Part shown: positions 51,624 to 62,066 of the stretch, piece by piece
Numbering within the stretch: position 1 is the first letter of the stretch
Layout of the letters: every line of letters begins with the position of its first letter
DNA from: Candidatus Marinacidobacterales bacterium
Lineage (GTDB): Bacteria; Acidobacteriota; Vicinamibacteria; Marinacidobacterales; SMYC01
Assembly (NCBI GenBank): GCA_965237955.1
Contig: OZ250169.1
Span: 4,832,001 to 4,896,000, forward strand
Direction: 5' to 3'
Length of the DNA stretch: 64,000 nucleotides
Notes under the pieces: generated by a model
Told to the model about the DNA's origin: nothing
What the model saw: the letters and a program-made list of their open reading frames with translations, nothing else
The model's database searches: none
Translations under genes and position numbers: made by a program

Positions 51624-51931
51624 TTCTCCCCCAACGGGCGATGGATGGCGTACGAATCCGACGAATCCGGACGCGTGGAGATCTACGTTTGCGCCTTCCC
51701 GTATCCTGGAGCGACGCGGCAGGTCTCCATCGAGGGCGGGTCCTCGCACAGCCACGGCTCTTGTTCGAGTCGGATTCCTATCGAACCCATCCTAGATCCT
51801 ACGAAGTCAGTGCCGACGGCGAGCGCTTCATCATGATCGATCGAAGCGAGTCAGCACGGCCGCCGACGGAGCTGGTCCTCGTCCAGAACTGGGCCGAAGA
51901 GTTGAAGCGGCTCGTCCCGACAGACAACTGA
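51624..51931 (+). pseudogene. Ser/Thr kinase-PD40 C-terminal remnant with internal deletion
   Basis: FSPNGRWMAYESDESGRVEIYV...QVSIEGG joined out of frame to PRLLFE...YEVSADGERF...LVQNWAEELKRLVPTDN*. Confidence 0.8.
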
Positions 51932-51945
51932 CGAGTAGCTCTGAC

Positions 51946-53115
51946 ATGCCAAGCGCGGTCGCTCCATCCTCTTTGGCTGTCATCCTAGTTTTGCTCAGCC
52001 TGCCAGACTCCATCGCAGCGCTCCCGGCTCAACAATTGGAGGAAGCTCTTTTGAGCGCGACCGCTCTCGGGAACACCGCGCGGGTGGAAGAACTCCTCGC
52101 CGCGGGAGCCAGCGTGGACGGCGAAGTGTACGCGGAACGTTTTTCCCCTCTGATGCGTGCGGCCCAAAACGGCCATCTAGAAACGGTTTCGTTGCTGCTC
52201 GAATCGGGCGCGGTCCCCGACGCTCGAAGCTATGTGGGAACGACGGCGCTGATGCTGGCCTCCCAAGCGGGACGCGCCGCCGTTGTGAGCGCTCTCCTCG
52301 AGGCCGGAAGCGATCCGAACGCGGTTAGCGAAGAAGTGACCGCACTGGGATCGGCAGCCTTCAAAGGCCACCTTGACGCTGTGAAGGTGCTCGTCGGTGC
52401 GGGTGCCGACGTCAATCGGCGTATGGAAGTATCCAAAACCGCGCCGATCACGCTGGCTGTCCGAGCGGGCCATGTCGATATCGTGCGCGCGCTCCTGGAC
52501 GCGGGCGCCAAGCTGGATGGGCCGGTAGGTACGGCGTCTTTGATCGTGGCCGTTTGGCTCGGGAATGAAGAGATGACACGAGTGCTCTTGCAAGCGGATG
52601 CGCCTGTGGGTGGAACCGACGGTTGGGGGTGGAGTCCGCTGCGGGCTGCGAGAGTGTCGGGACATGGAGAGTTGGAGAGGCTTTTGCTAGACGCTGGCGC
52701 TCCCGAGTTGGATGAAAAGAGCCCCTCTCCCTCGGCGCCACTCGTGGAGGCCGCCGCTCGCGGTGACTCGATCATGGTGGGAGCTCTCATCCGCGCCGGC
52801 GCGGATCCGGACCAAAGAGATCGAGGCCTAGCCACCGCGCTGATGGCCGCGTGCGGACGCGATGATTCTGAGGAAATCGTGCGACTCCTTTTGGACTCAG
52901 GCGCCTCGGTGAACGCGTTGGATGACCGCGGCACGACCGCCTTGATGATCGCAGCGGGGGCCGGCAACGTCTCCGTGGTCCAGAGACTTCTAGAGTCGGG
53001 GGCGAACGTGAATCTCGAAACACGGAGCGGGCGCACGGCACGGATCGCCGCCAGCGAAAATGGCCACCGTGAAGTCGTCGAGCTTCTCGAGCGAGCCGAG
53101 GCTGCCCGCCAATAA
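51946..53115 (+). CDS. Secreted ankyrin-repeat protein
   Basis: About 10 repeats of TALM.A...G...V..LL..GA; signal peptide. Confidence 0.92.
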   Translation: MPSAVAPSSLAVILVLLSLPDSIAALPAQQLEEALLSATALGNTARVEELLAAGASVDGEVYAERFSPLMRAAQNGHLETVSLLLESGAVPDARSYVGTTALMLASQAGRAAVVSALLEAGSDPNAVSEEVTALGSAAFKGHLDAVKVLVGAGADVNRRMEVSKTAPITLAVRAGHVDIVRALLDAGAKLDGPVGTASLIVAVWLGNEEMTRVLLQADAPVGGTDGWGWSPLRAARVSGHGELERLLLDAGAPELDEKSPSPSAPLVEAAARGDSIMVGALIRAGADPDQRDRGLATALMAACGRDDSEEIVRLLLDSGASVNALDDRGTTALMIAAGAGNVSVVQRLLESGANVNLETRSGRTARIAASENGHREVVELLERAEAARQ

Positions 53116-53140
53116 ACCCTGTCCGAAAAAAAGACAAAAA

Positions 53141-54511
53141 TGTGCAACCGCCTACATCGGTAACGAAACAGACCGGGCACATAGGTAACAGTTTGCGGTG
53201 TCGTGGATTCTCTTCGAGATCATTTCGGGCCTCGTCTTTTGTATGGCCTCTTGCTTCGTCGTTCGGGAGAAACTAGAAGCCCAAAGGCGCGATATCCACG
53301 GTCCCTGGCGTTTCGAACATCGAGAATCCCGAGAGGGACGGGACCGAAGTGAACCTTCCACCGGTCGTCATCGACTTGCTCGAGACCGACGCGCTCTGAC
53401 TTTAGACAGCTGCTTATGTACCACTGCTTGGACTCAAAAGAGATCATTCCGTTGGGATAGGTTTGAGCGACGTAGAAGTGCTCCGGGTATTCGATTTGCG
53501 GGAGCTGACGAGGGTAGGGGCGGTTCGAGGGCTGATAGCGAGATGCAGGAACCTCCTGACCAAGTGCCTCATGCGGGCGGATTTCGTTGTATTCCTCCCG
53601 GAACCGATCGAATGCCCGTTGCTGTGCTCGAAAGCTCGCTCGGGGCGGTTTAGCCGTCTCTGACTTCAAGGTGCTGTGCATCCGTTCATGTCTTCCGTTT
53701 TGATCGGGTCGGCCGGGCTGAATCCGCTCAGGACGGATTCCGAGACGAATCCACCAAACAGCAAGTCTGGACAGTCCTCCTGGCGCAAGAGTTGAGAACG
53801 GCGCTCCGTTGTCGGTTCGAATCGCGTCCGGCAGACCGTATGCTCGAAATACCGATTCGAATATCTTCCGTGTCGGCTTGAACAATGGCCGGTGAAGACC
53901 CTGACAGGCAAATAAATAGCGACTGCATCCGTCGCTCACGGTCAAGGGGTGACAACGCTCCCCTGCAACCGGAAAATGTCCCTTGAAGTCGGCACACCAC
54001 ACCGCATTGGGGCTCCCGTAGTCGCCCAGACGATCGCCATACGGAGAGCTTCGGCGTATCCGCCGCCGCTTCTGGATGAGCCCATTCTTACGCAGAACCT
54101 CTCCGATCGTGCTCGTCGCCGGCAGCGCGAGCTGCGGATAGTGCCGTTGCAGGATGACACGCAACTTGCGCGGTCCCCAACGCGGGTGTTTCTTCCGGGC
54201 TCTCAGAATCTTTTCCACCACGTCGTCCGCGACAGCGTGAGGATGCGACAAAGGGGCGCGAGAACGCTCTTCCAGACCTGCGACCCCATCCAACTCGTAA
54301 CGTTCGACCCACTTGTAGCCAGTCTTTCGGCTCACCCCAAACCGTTCGCACAGGGCACTGAACGGCTCCCCAGCTTCAAGGCGCGCAGCGATGAATCTCA
54401 CTCGTTCATTCATGCAATTCGTCTCGTCCCACGGCATCGGCCACCTCCCTGGTAAAGGGATTGTCACCCATGTCGCCGGTCTGTTTTGTCACCAATGTAC
54501 CCGGTCCGGAC
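53141..54511 (-). mobile_element. IS481-family insertion sequence
   Basis: ~50-bp imperfect TIRs (53141-53190 and 54462-54511) with internal TGT(T/C)ACC repeats; flanking CAAAAA duplicated (53135-53140, 54512-54517). Confidence 0.88.
53220..54437 (-). CDS. IS481-family DDE transposase
   Basis: MPWDET, HTH, WCADFKG, RTDNGAPF, QNGRHERMH. Confidence 0.93.
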   Translation of the reverse strand: MPWDETNCMNERVRFIAARLEAGEPFSALCERFGVSRKTGYKWVERYELDGVAGLEERSRAPLSHPHAVADDVVEKILRARKKHPRWGPRKLRVILQRHYPQLALPATSTIGEVLRKNGLIQKRRRIRRSSPYGDRLGDYGSPNAVWCADFKGHFPVAGERCHPLTVSDGCSRYLFACQGLHRPLFKPTRKIFESVFRAYGLPDAIRTDNGAPFSTLAPGGLSRLAVWWIRLGIRPERIQPGRPDQNGRHERMHSTLKSETAKPPRASFRAQQRAFDRFREEYNEIRPHEALGQEVPASRYQPSNRPYPRQLPQIEYPEHFYVAQTYPNGMISFESKQWYISSCLKSERVGLEQVDDDRWKVHFGPVPLGILDVRNARDRGYRAFGLLVSPERRSKRPYKRRGPK

Positions 54512-54722
54512 CAAAAAGGCTTGACAGCTTTCCGGTGACGAAATCGGTCGAGATGACTTCGTCTCGTAGAAGGTCGCTCACGGCGCGCCACGCGCGCTTC
54601 TGCCGCATTCGTCGCGCAGTTTTGAATTTCGTTTCGAATCGATCGCGTTTCGGTCTTCCAATGCCGTCTCTGGGTGCGCAAAAAGCCGGGAGTATAATTC
54701 GTTACTGAGGGAGCGAAAGACA

Positions 54723-55780
54723 ATGATCGAACAATTCAAGAGCTACTTCGTAAAGCTCGAACGTTTGTCTAGCGCCGAGCTCGATCGTTCCGCCGAAAAA
54801 ATGGTTGTGGCTGAGAACGGGAACATCGCCAAGCTCAGCGCTCACATCGCCGAGATGTCGGCTCGGAAGGCCGCACTCGAGCTCGGCTACAAGAATCTGT
54901 TCGACTACTGTGTGCGACGCCTCAACTTGAGTGAGGGCGCAGTGCCCGCACGGATTCATGTGGCCAATGTTTCGCGGCGGTTCCTCCAGCTGCTCGTCGC
55001 GTTTGCTGAAAACCGTATTAGTCTCACCGTCGCGAGTCTCCTGGCAGCTCACGTCTGCGAGGACAACGTCGACAAGCTGATTTCTGATTGCGCCGGGATG
55101 ACGCGCAAGGCGACCGAGGAGTACCTCGTGGCGCTCAGGCCGAAGCCTGTCTTCGAGCCGTCGATCCGCAAACGACCGCAGCCGGCGGCGCCGTCCCCTC
55201 GAGTCGAGGCGCCGGCACCTCGACTCGAAGCATGGCTGAAGAAGAGCCCGCCAATTCTTCAGCCGGCGCGACCCGACGAGTACAACTTCCGGTTTGCCGC
55301 CGACCGGGATTTCAAAGTCAAGTTCGAGCGACTCGCCGAGGTCTTGGGGGTCGAGAATGCTCAGAAGCACATGGCGGAGATTCTCGAGAAGGCCGTCGAC
55401 ATCGCGCTCGAGAAGAAAGACCCTAAAAAAAGCTCGAGCGGCGGCAGAAGCGGGGGAAAGCAAGATCTCGTTCGAACGAGATTGCGCAAAACGACGAGTC
55501 GGCCGTGTCCCGGTACGTAGCCTCCGAGGTTTCGGAGCGTGTGCACGCGTGCGGGGAGTACCAGTGCGAACATTACGCCTCTGACGGGAGGCGATGTCCG
55601 TCACGGACCGGGCTGCAGATCGAGCATGTGCGGCCGTTCGGTATTTTTCACAGTCACGATGAGCGTTTTCTTCGACTTTTGTGCCCAGCGCATAATCGAT
55701 TGGCCGCGGAGCGTGTGTACGGAGCGGATTTCATTCAACGAAAGATCGATGAACGGCGAGGTCGTCAACGACCTTATTGA
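54723..55780 (+). mobile_element. HNH endonuclease (DUF222-like N-terminus), frameshift in the A7 run near 55424
   Basis: GYKNLFDYCVRRLNLSE; SRYVASEV...QCEH...RRC...LQIEHVRP...LRLLCPAHN. Confidence 0.8.
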
Positions 55781-55952
55781 CCGTCGGTCGGGACCAGCCT
55801 CTCGAGCTATTCGAACCAATTCAGCACGACGTTGATATGGCCTGCTGTTGCTTGTCGCTCGGTTGCGCGCGGTACACCTCGCCCATACCGTCGGCGCCGA
55901 TGAGACCGACAATTTCGTACGGTCCCAAGCGTTTACCGGGTTCCAGCGACAT
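55774..55952 (-). pseudogene. Collapsed Ser/Thr kinase-PD40 gene (first ~29 and last ~22 codons)
   Basis: [29 protein letters not shown] fused to GHINVVLNWFE*LERLVPTDGQ*. Confidence 0.85.
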
Positions 55953-55965
55953 GAGTGCGACGATC

Positions 55966-56640
55966 TTAAGCGGTTACCAGCGGTCGTAGCCAGTTAGCGA
56001 TATCTTGGACTTCTTCGGGGGCCACGCTGTGGGGCATCGGGTACGAGTGCCATTCGGGGTCGTAGCCGTTGGCCCGTAGTTTTTCGATCGTACCCTCGGC
56101 CAGGTGAATGGGCACCACGGGATCCATTGTTCCGTGGGCCATGAAGATTGGAACGCTTCGGTTCGCTTCGGAGGCGCGCGTTTCGATGAGCTCTCCCATC
56201 GGGTGGTAGCACGACAACGCCATGATGCCGCCTAACGTCTCGCCGCATTGCAATCCCGCGTAGAGTACGATGGCGCCGCCTTGGGAGAAACCGGCGAGCA
56301 CGATCTTCTCCGACGGGATGCCGAGCTCGCGCTCGTGGGCGATCCACGCTTCGAGCTGCTCTCGTGACTCCTCGAGGTGTTCGGCTTCGACGTGGCGATC
56401 GAGGTCCATGCTCTTGATGTCGTACCAGGCGCGCATGGTCATTCCGCCGTTGATGGTGACGGGCCTCATCGGGGCGTGCGGGAAGACGAAGCGAACGCCG
56501 GCATCCATGGGGATGCCGAGGGCGGGCACCATGGGAGGGAAGTCGTTACCATCGGCGCCGAGGCCGTGGAGCCAGATGACGGATGCTTGCGGCGTACCGT
56601 CGGGTTGGATTTCAACGGCGTCGAGAAGTTCGCGACTCAT
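55966..56640 (-). CDS. Phospholipase/carboxylesterase (alpha/beta hydrolase)
   Basis: LHGLGADG, GFSQGG, HGTMDPVV, MPHSV. Confidence 0.92.
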   Translation of the reverse strand: MSRELLDAVEIQPDGTPQASVIWLHGLGADGNDFPPMVPALGIPMDAGVRFVFPHAPMRPVTINGGMTMRAWYDIKSMDLDRHVEAEHLEESREQLEAWIAHERELGIPSEKIVLAGFSQGGAIVLYAGLQCGETLGGIMALSCYHPMGELIETRASEANRSVPIFMAHGTMDPVVPIHLAEGTIEKLRANGYDPEWHSYPMPHSVAPEEVQDIANWLRPLVTA

Positions 56641-59600
56641 ATCTGCAGAGGATCTTCCATCAGGACAGCCGAGAGCTTGTCCAGAAAGAACTCGGCGTTG
56701 GACTTCGTGAATACGAGCGGTGGTTTGAGCTTGATGACGTTTTCGAGCGGGCCGTCGGTGCTGTTGAGAACGCCTTCCTCTTTCATGCGGTTGACGAGAT
56801 AGGTCGCTTGGTCGGCCGCTGGGGTGAGGCGTTCATCTTTGACGAGCTCGAAGCCGAGGAAAAGTCCACGGCCGCGCACGTCGCCGATAATCGGGTGCTG
56901 TGTCTTCAGCACGCGTAGGCCGTTCAGCAGGTACTCTCCCATCGTGGCAGCTTTTTCTTGGAGCCCCTCGTTTTCGATTACGTCGAGGACGGCGAGACCG
57001 ATGGCACACGAAACCGGGTTGCCTCCGAAAGTGTTGAAGTACTCCATCCCGGTTTGAAACGACTCGGCGATGTCGCGTGTGGTGACGACCGCGGCGAGCG
57101 GATGGCCGTTTCCGATGGGCTTTCCCAGGGTCACGATATCGGGGACGGCGTTTTGGGTCTCGAACGCCCAAAAATGCGAGCCCACGCGCCCGAAACCGAC
57201 TTGCACTTCGTCGGCGATGCAGACGCCGCCCGCGCCGCGAACGATGCGGTACACCTCCTCGAGATACCGGGGAGGTAGTACGATTTGTCCACCGCAGCTC
57301 AGGATCGATTCGGCGATGAACGTTCCTATCGGGCCTATCGGGCGCTCGACGGCCTGCTGAACGTCCTTGATGTACTTCGTGCCGTAGTCGGGGTCCGACG
57401 CGCGGAACTTGCCGCGATAGCCGTCGGGCATTGGGAGCTTGTGAACGTGGGGCGGGGCGCCGCGGCCGCCGTGTCCATCGAACTTGTACGGGCTTATCTC
57501 GATGAGTGACGACAGGTTTCCGTGGTAGGCGCCGTCGAGCACGAGGGTGTCGTTTCGTCCGGTGTGGATGCGCGCGAGGCGGAGCGCGAGATCGTTCGCC
57601 TCGCTTCCGGAGTTCACGAAAAAGCACACTTCGAGGGGATCCGGTAGTTTCGCGGTCAGCCGTTCGGCGTAGTCGACGATATTCCGGTGGAGATAGCGGG
57701 TGTTGGTATTGAGGACGGCTAGCTGCTCGCGCGCGGCGCGCACGACGCGGGGGTGGCAGTGGCCGACGTGGCAAACATTATTTACCATGTCGAGGTACGG
57801 CCTGGCCTCGGTGTCGTAGAGAAACGATCGGTAGCCACGGACGATGTGGAGCGGTTCGCTGTACGAAAGGCTGAGCGTTCCCGATAAGTGGTCTTTGCGT
57901 TGGGTCCGTATTCTCTCGCTCGCGTGCTCCGGAACGACCTCGACCTGCTCAGTCGAGGCGACGCCGGCAAGCCGCGACGGATCCGGACAAAGCCCCAGCC
58001 AGAGACTTCGCTCCGAAGGTGGAACGACGCCGGGGAAGTCGCCTTCTTTGTCCAGCATGTCGAGGATGATTTGAAAATGCACATGCGGGGGCCAATTCCC
58101 GTTCACGGGATAGTCGCCGACGGTCGCGACGACGTCGCCCTGCTCGAACACTTTCCCCACGTTGAGGCCTTCGAGAGAACGTGTGGACAAATGCCCGTAA
58201 AGGGTCCAGAACCGGTCACCCTCTTCAGTCGCGTGCTCGAGAATCATCGTGGGGCCGTAGTCGAGCGGGGCATCGTTCACTTGGAAGCTGTGCACGATCC
58301 CTTTGAGCGGCGCGCGGAGCGGGGTGCCGGCCTCGACGAACAGATCCAACCCGACGTGCACCGTGCGCGGGTTGAAGCTCTCGCCTTTTTTCGGTTGGAA
58401 CGCTTCGCTCGTGTAGAGCGAGCGCGCTTCGTTGTAGCGCCCGATCCCTACCGTGGCTCCCGCGGTCTTTATTGTCCCGAACACGTGAGCGGTGAACCGC
58501 TCGACATCATCCAATACGTCGAGGCCGCCGAGCTCGGTGCTGCCGACGCTGAGATCGAGCGAATGCACCGATGTTTCGTCGAGCTCCAACGGAAGCACGG
58601 TCGATTGCTGTTGCCCGAGCCACTCGGCGATGGCATCGCCCCGCGGGTGCGGTGTCCGCCCGCACACATCTCGAAAGCGGTAGTGCGCGAACCGCGGGCA
58701 CTCGTTCGCGAGCTGGGCGATGAGCTTCCACGCAGACGCCTGACTGACGCGCAGATAGTCCTTGTCGGGCTCGTCCTTCGTTTGCCGAGCGGCCACGGCC
58801 ACACTCATCGCGAGCCGGATGCGGATCGACGGGAACAGCACCGCGAGCTCATCGTCGGTGAGCGGGCGCACTTCGTGATAGCCGGTGACGACATCGACGG
58901 CAACACCGATCGGCTTGGATTTGTCGAGCATGCAGTACGCCGCCGCGTTGGCGAGCTCGAACACGAGAGCGCTCGAGACCATGTCGCCGAAGTCGACAAC
59001 GCCCGCGATCTCGCCGCCGCCCTTGAGATCGACGAGAATGTTGTAGTCGTTGCCGTCGTTGTGGATGACGCCTGCCGGTAAAGTGTCGAGCCGGGGCGCG
59101 ACATCGCTTTCGAACGCGGCCAAGATGTCCGCGACCTGTTGTCGATCGTCATCTGCGATGAGCTCGATGCCGTCCCCAATCGTTTTGACCGCGTGCTTCG
59201 AGTCCCAATAAAGGTACCGGCCCTGAGCTTTGTGCGAGAAACCTTCGAGCGCGACGTCGAGCCGCGCCAGGGCGCGGCCCAGCGATCGGAGCAGGTGGGT
59301 TGAGTGTGGCTTCGTCTTTGCGAGCGGCTTCGCGTCCAGATAGCTCAGAAGCCGGCACAGATGACCGCTCTCGAGATCAGCAATCGCGCCGCCCGCGCGC
59401 GTTTTTCGTAGTCGGGGGATAGGGAGATCGGGGTCTCGATCGGCCACGTGCTGAAGCGCCTCGTTCTGAAATTCCAGAATCTCGCGCGATTCGGATACGT
59501 TCGCGATCTTGAGAACGAGCCGTTCCCGTGGCGTAGTGACGAGAAAGTTCTGATCGCGCTCACTCGGAAGCTCTGTGAGCTCGCTCGCGTCGATGTCGTA

Positions 59601-59663
59601 CGTATCGCGCAGGATCTTCTTCGCGTGACTCACGTCGATTCGAGGCCGTGTCGTCTTCAACAC
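56637..59663 (-). CDS. Fusion of aminoglycoside-phosphotransferase-like kinase, M23-like domain and class III PLP aminotransferase/phospho-lyase
   Basis: HNDGNDYN...DFGD; HVGLD...YGHL...PPHVHFQ; [18 protein letters not shown]. Confidence 0.9.
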   Translation of the reverse strand: MLKTTRPRIDVSHAKKILRDTYDIDASELTELPSERDQNFLVTTPRERLVLKIANVSESREILEFQNEALQHVADRDPDLPIPRLRKTRAGGAIADLESGHLCRLLSYLDAKPLAKTKPHSTHLLRSLGRALARLDVALEGFSHKAQGRYLYWDSKHAVKTIGDGIELIADDDRQQVADILAAFESDVAPRLDTLPAGVIHNDGNDYNILVDLKGGGEIAGVVDFGDMVSSALVFELANAAAYCMLDKSKPIGVAVDVVTGYHEVRPLTDDELAVLFPSIRIRLAMSVAVAARQTKDEPDKDYLRVSQASAWKLIAQLANECPRFAHYRFRDVCGRTPHPRGDAIAEWLGQQQSTVLPLELDETSVHSLDLSVGSTELGGLDVLDDVERFTAHVFGTIKTAGATVGIGRYNEARSLYTSEAFQPKKGESFNPRTVHVGLDLFVEAGTPLRAPLKGIVHSFQVNDAPLDYGPTMILEHATEEGDRFWTLYGHLSTRSLEGLNVGKVFEQGDVVATVGDYPVNGNWPPHVHFQIILDMLDKEGDFPGVVPPSERSLWLGLCPDPSRLAGVASTEQVEVVPEHASERIRTQRKDHLSGTLSLSYSEPLHIVRGYRSFLYDTEARPYLDMVNNVCHVGHCHPRVVRAAREQLAVLNTNTRYLHRNIVDYAERLTAKLPDPLEVCFFVNSGSEANDLALRLARIHTGRNDTLVLDGAYHGNLSSLIEISPYKFDGHGGRGAPPHVHKLPMPDGYRGKFRASDPDYGTKYIKDVQQAVERPIGPIGTFIAESILSCGGQIVLPPRYLEEVYRIVRGAGGVCIADEVQVGFGRVGSHFWAFETQNAVPDIVTLGKPIGNGHPLAAVVTTRDIAESFQTGMEYFNTFGGNPVSCAIGLAVLDVIENEGLQEKAATMGEYLLNGLRVLKTQHPIIGDVRGRGLFLGFELVKDERLTPAADQATYLVNRMKEEGVLNSTDGPLENVIKLKPPLVFTKSNAEFFLDKLSAVLMEDPLQI

Positions 59664-59673
59664 GGCCGCGATT

Positions 59674-61119
59674 CTACCTCACGAGCTTTCTGAGCCAGCG
59701 GAGCTTCCCCGAATACGGTGGATAGCGAAGAGGAGGATCGAAGATCGTCGCGCCTTCGACGACGGATTTGCGATGCGAGAAGCGCTCGAAGCCGTACCGC
59801 CCGTGGTAGCTCCCCACGCCGCTCGGCCCGCGGCCACCGAAGGGAAGCTCGGGGTTCGAGAAGTGCGCCAGCGCATCGTTGACAGCGCCGCCTCCGAAGG
59901 GAATCTCGGCTAAAACGCGCTCCTGGTGTGCTCGGTCTTTCGAGAAGAAGTAGAGCGCGAGCGGATCCGGATGGCGTCTCGTTAGCTCGATCGCCTCGTC
60001 GAGGCCGTCGTAGGGAACGATGGGAAGCACCGGTCCGAAAATCTCCTCGCTCAACGCTTTCGCGTCGGGCGGGAGCTCGTCGAGAATCGTGGGAGCTATG
60101 TAGCGCTCGTCGCGATCGGACTCGCCGCCGAACACGACGCGGCCTTCGTCGAGGTAGCCGGTGATGCGGTCGAAGTGATGGTGATTGATGATGCGCGCAA
60201 AGTCCGGGCTCTCATTCGGGGAGTCACCGAAAAAGCGCTGGACGTTCGCTTGAATTCGGGACACGAGCTCGTCTTTGAGCCGGGTCGGCACCAACACGTA
60301 GTCGGGCGCGAGGCAGGTCTGGCCGGCGTTGAAGAACTTGCCCCACGCGATCCGACGTGCAGTCACTTTCATATTGATTTTTTCATCGACGATCGCTGGA
60401 TTCTTGCCACCAAGCTCGAGCGTGACCGGAGTGAGATGCTCCACGGCCGCACGGGCCACGATCTTCCCCGTGGATGCGCCGCCGGTGAAGAAGATGTGAT
60501 CGAAGCGCTCTTTCAGGAGCGCTTCCGCGGTCGCGACTCCGCCGGTCGCGGTGCTAACGAGCTCGGTCTCGAAGTATCTTGGGATGAGCTCGGACACCAG
60601 CGTCGACGTGGCGACGGCCCACTCCGACGGCTTGACGAGCGCGCAGTTGCCGGCGCTCAAGGCACCGACGAGTGGCGCCATGACGAGCTGGAATGGATAG
60701 TTCCACGGAGCGATGATGAGGGCGACCCCCATCGGCTCGTGGCGGATCGAGCTGGTCGCGGGGAAGAACGTCAACGGTGTCCCGACGTGCTCGGGCTCCA
60801 TCCACTCTTCGAGATGGTTCAGCGCGTAGCTCACCTCCGAGCGGACGAAACCGGTTTCCGAAGCGAACGCCTCGAACCGCGGCTTTCCCAGGTCGAGAGC
60901 GAGAGCGTCGTGGATGCGGGACTCGTTCGCGTTGACGAGCCCCCTGAGGCTTTCGAGCTGCTTGCGCCGGAAATCGTAAGAGCGCGTTGCGCCGGAGCGA
61001 AAGAAACGTCTCTGCGCCTCGACGAGCGGGGCGAAATCGAGCTTTTTGGGATTCTCGACGGGCTCGTTGTTGATCCGGGTCGCGTCTTGTTCAGGTCTCG
61101 GCTCCGCCCTCGCTGCCAT
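59674..61119 (-). CDS. Aldehyde dehydrogenase (ALDH3-like)
   Basis: PWNYP, KPSE, FTGG, LELGGKNP, GQTC, EEIFGP. Confidence 0.95.
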   Translation of the reverse strand: MAARAEPRPEQDATRINNEPVENPKKLDFAPLVEAQRRFFRSGATRSYDFRRKQLESLRGLVNANESRIHDALALDLGKPRFEAFASETGFVRSEVSYALNHLEEWMEPEHVGTPLTFFPATSSIRHEPMGVALIIAPWNYPFQLVMAPLVGALSAGNCALVKPSEWAVATSTLVSELIPRYFETELVSTATGGVATAEALLKERFDHIFFTGGASTGKIVARAAVEHLTPVTLELGGKNPAIVDEKINMKVTARRIAWGKFFNAGQTCLAPDYVLVPTRLKDELVSRIQANVQRFFGDSPNESPDFARIINHHHFDRITGYLDEGRVVFGGESDRDERYIAPTILDELPPDAKALSEEIFGPVLPIVPYDGLDEAIELTRRHPDPLALYFFSKDRAHQERVLAEIPFGGGAVNDALAHFSNPELPFGGRGPSGVGSYHGRYGFERFSHRKSVVEGATIFDPPLRYPPYSGKLRWLRKLVR

Positions 61120-61129
61120 TCTCGGAAGC

Positions 61130-61870
61130 TTACTCGATCTCGACTTCGGCTATCAGCGGGAGATGATCGGAGGCGCGTTTCGCGAGGCGCAATCGCGCGC
61201 GGTACACGTGGGTGAGGCGGATGTCGCCATGCACGTAGATCGAGTCCAGTGCTCGGAGCGGCCCCCAGGCGGGAAACGTGCGGATGGGGCGATCGGGCCC
61301 GGTGAACCCCGCCGGCGTCAGGAGCTTCTTTCCGAGCGTTCCCCAAATATCATTGAAGTCGCCCGCGACGATGATGGGAGTGCGATGATGCAGGCCCACG
61401 AACGGGTGGCTTTCGAGAAACTTCCGCAGCTGGATCTTCCGCTCGATGCCCGAGAGCCCGAGGTGGATGTTATAGATGTGCAAGGTGCGGGTGTGTTTTC
61501 CCAGCGCGCCGTTGAGACGAATGCGGTAGCGGCCGTGGAGAATGCTGCGCCTTTTCTTGGGCGGCACGGTAACGTCGATATTCGACGTTTCGGTCAGAGG
61601 AAAGCGACTCAAGATCGCGTTCCCGTACTCGCCGCCGGTGCGCACTTTGACGTTCGGGAAATAGCTGCGATGGCGAAAGCCGAGGAAGTCGCCCAGCAGA
61701 TCGACCTGCCGGTCCGTGTTGGTGCGGCGCGCGTGCTGGTCGACTTCCTGCAGCATCACCACATCAGGATCGTAGCGGGCGATGACGTGCGCGACTCTTA
61801 GTGGGTCGTAGCGACGGTCGACGCCGCCGATGCACTTGTGGATGTTGTAGGTAAGAAATCTCAGGCGCAC
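61130..61870 (-). CDS. Endonuclease/exonuclease/phosphatase family protein
   Basis: TYNIHK, LQEVD, GDFN, ASDHLPL. Confidence 0.9.
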   Translation of the reverse strand: MRLRFLTYNIHKCIGGVDRRYDPLRVAHVIARYDPDVVMLQEVDQHARRTNTDRQVDLLGDFLGFRHRSYFPNVKVRTGGEYGNAILSRFPLTETSNIDVTVPPKKRRSILHGRYRIRLNGALGKHTRTLHIYNIHLGLSGIERKIQLRKFLESHPFVGLHHRTPIIVAGDFNDIWGTLGKKLLTPAGFTGPDRPIRTFPAWGPLRALDSIYVHGDIRLTHVYRARLRLAKRASDHLPLIAEVEIE

Positions 61871-62066
61871 GTTAGTTGAACAGTTCGAAGCAGTTATCCA
61901 TGATAACACGCTGTTTCACCCGCAGCCGTGCCACGCTGAAATGCCAGGAGTGTCGAGAGAAAGTTAAAAGCTGCGACGTACTCTGGTATGATTTGCGCCA
62001 GATCTGGAGAGGGCATCTTGTCAGGGCCCGGGCTCGAGGTCCTCGCGAACATCACGGAGCCCCATC

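Noticed and set aside
61984-61998. GG-N10-GC sigma54-like site before the DUF4388-TonB gene
   Set aside because: Poor -12 match and no clear enhancer
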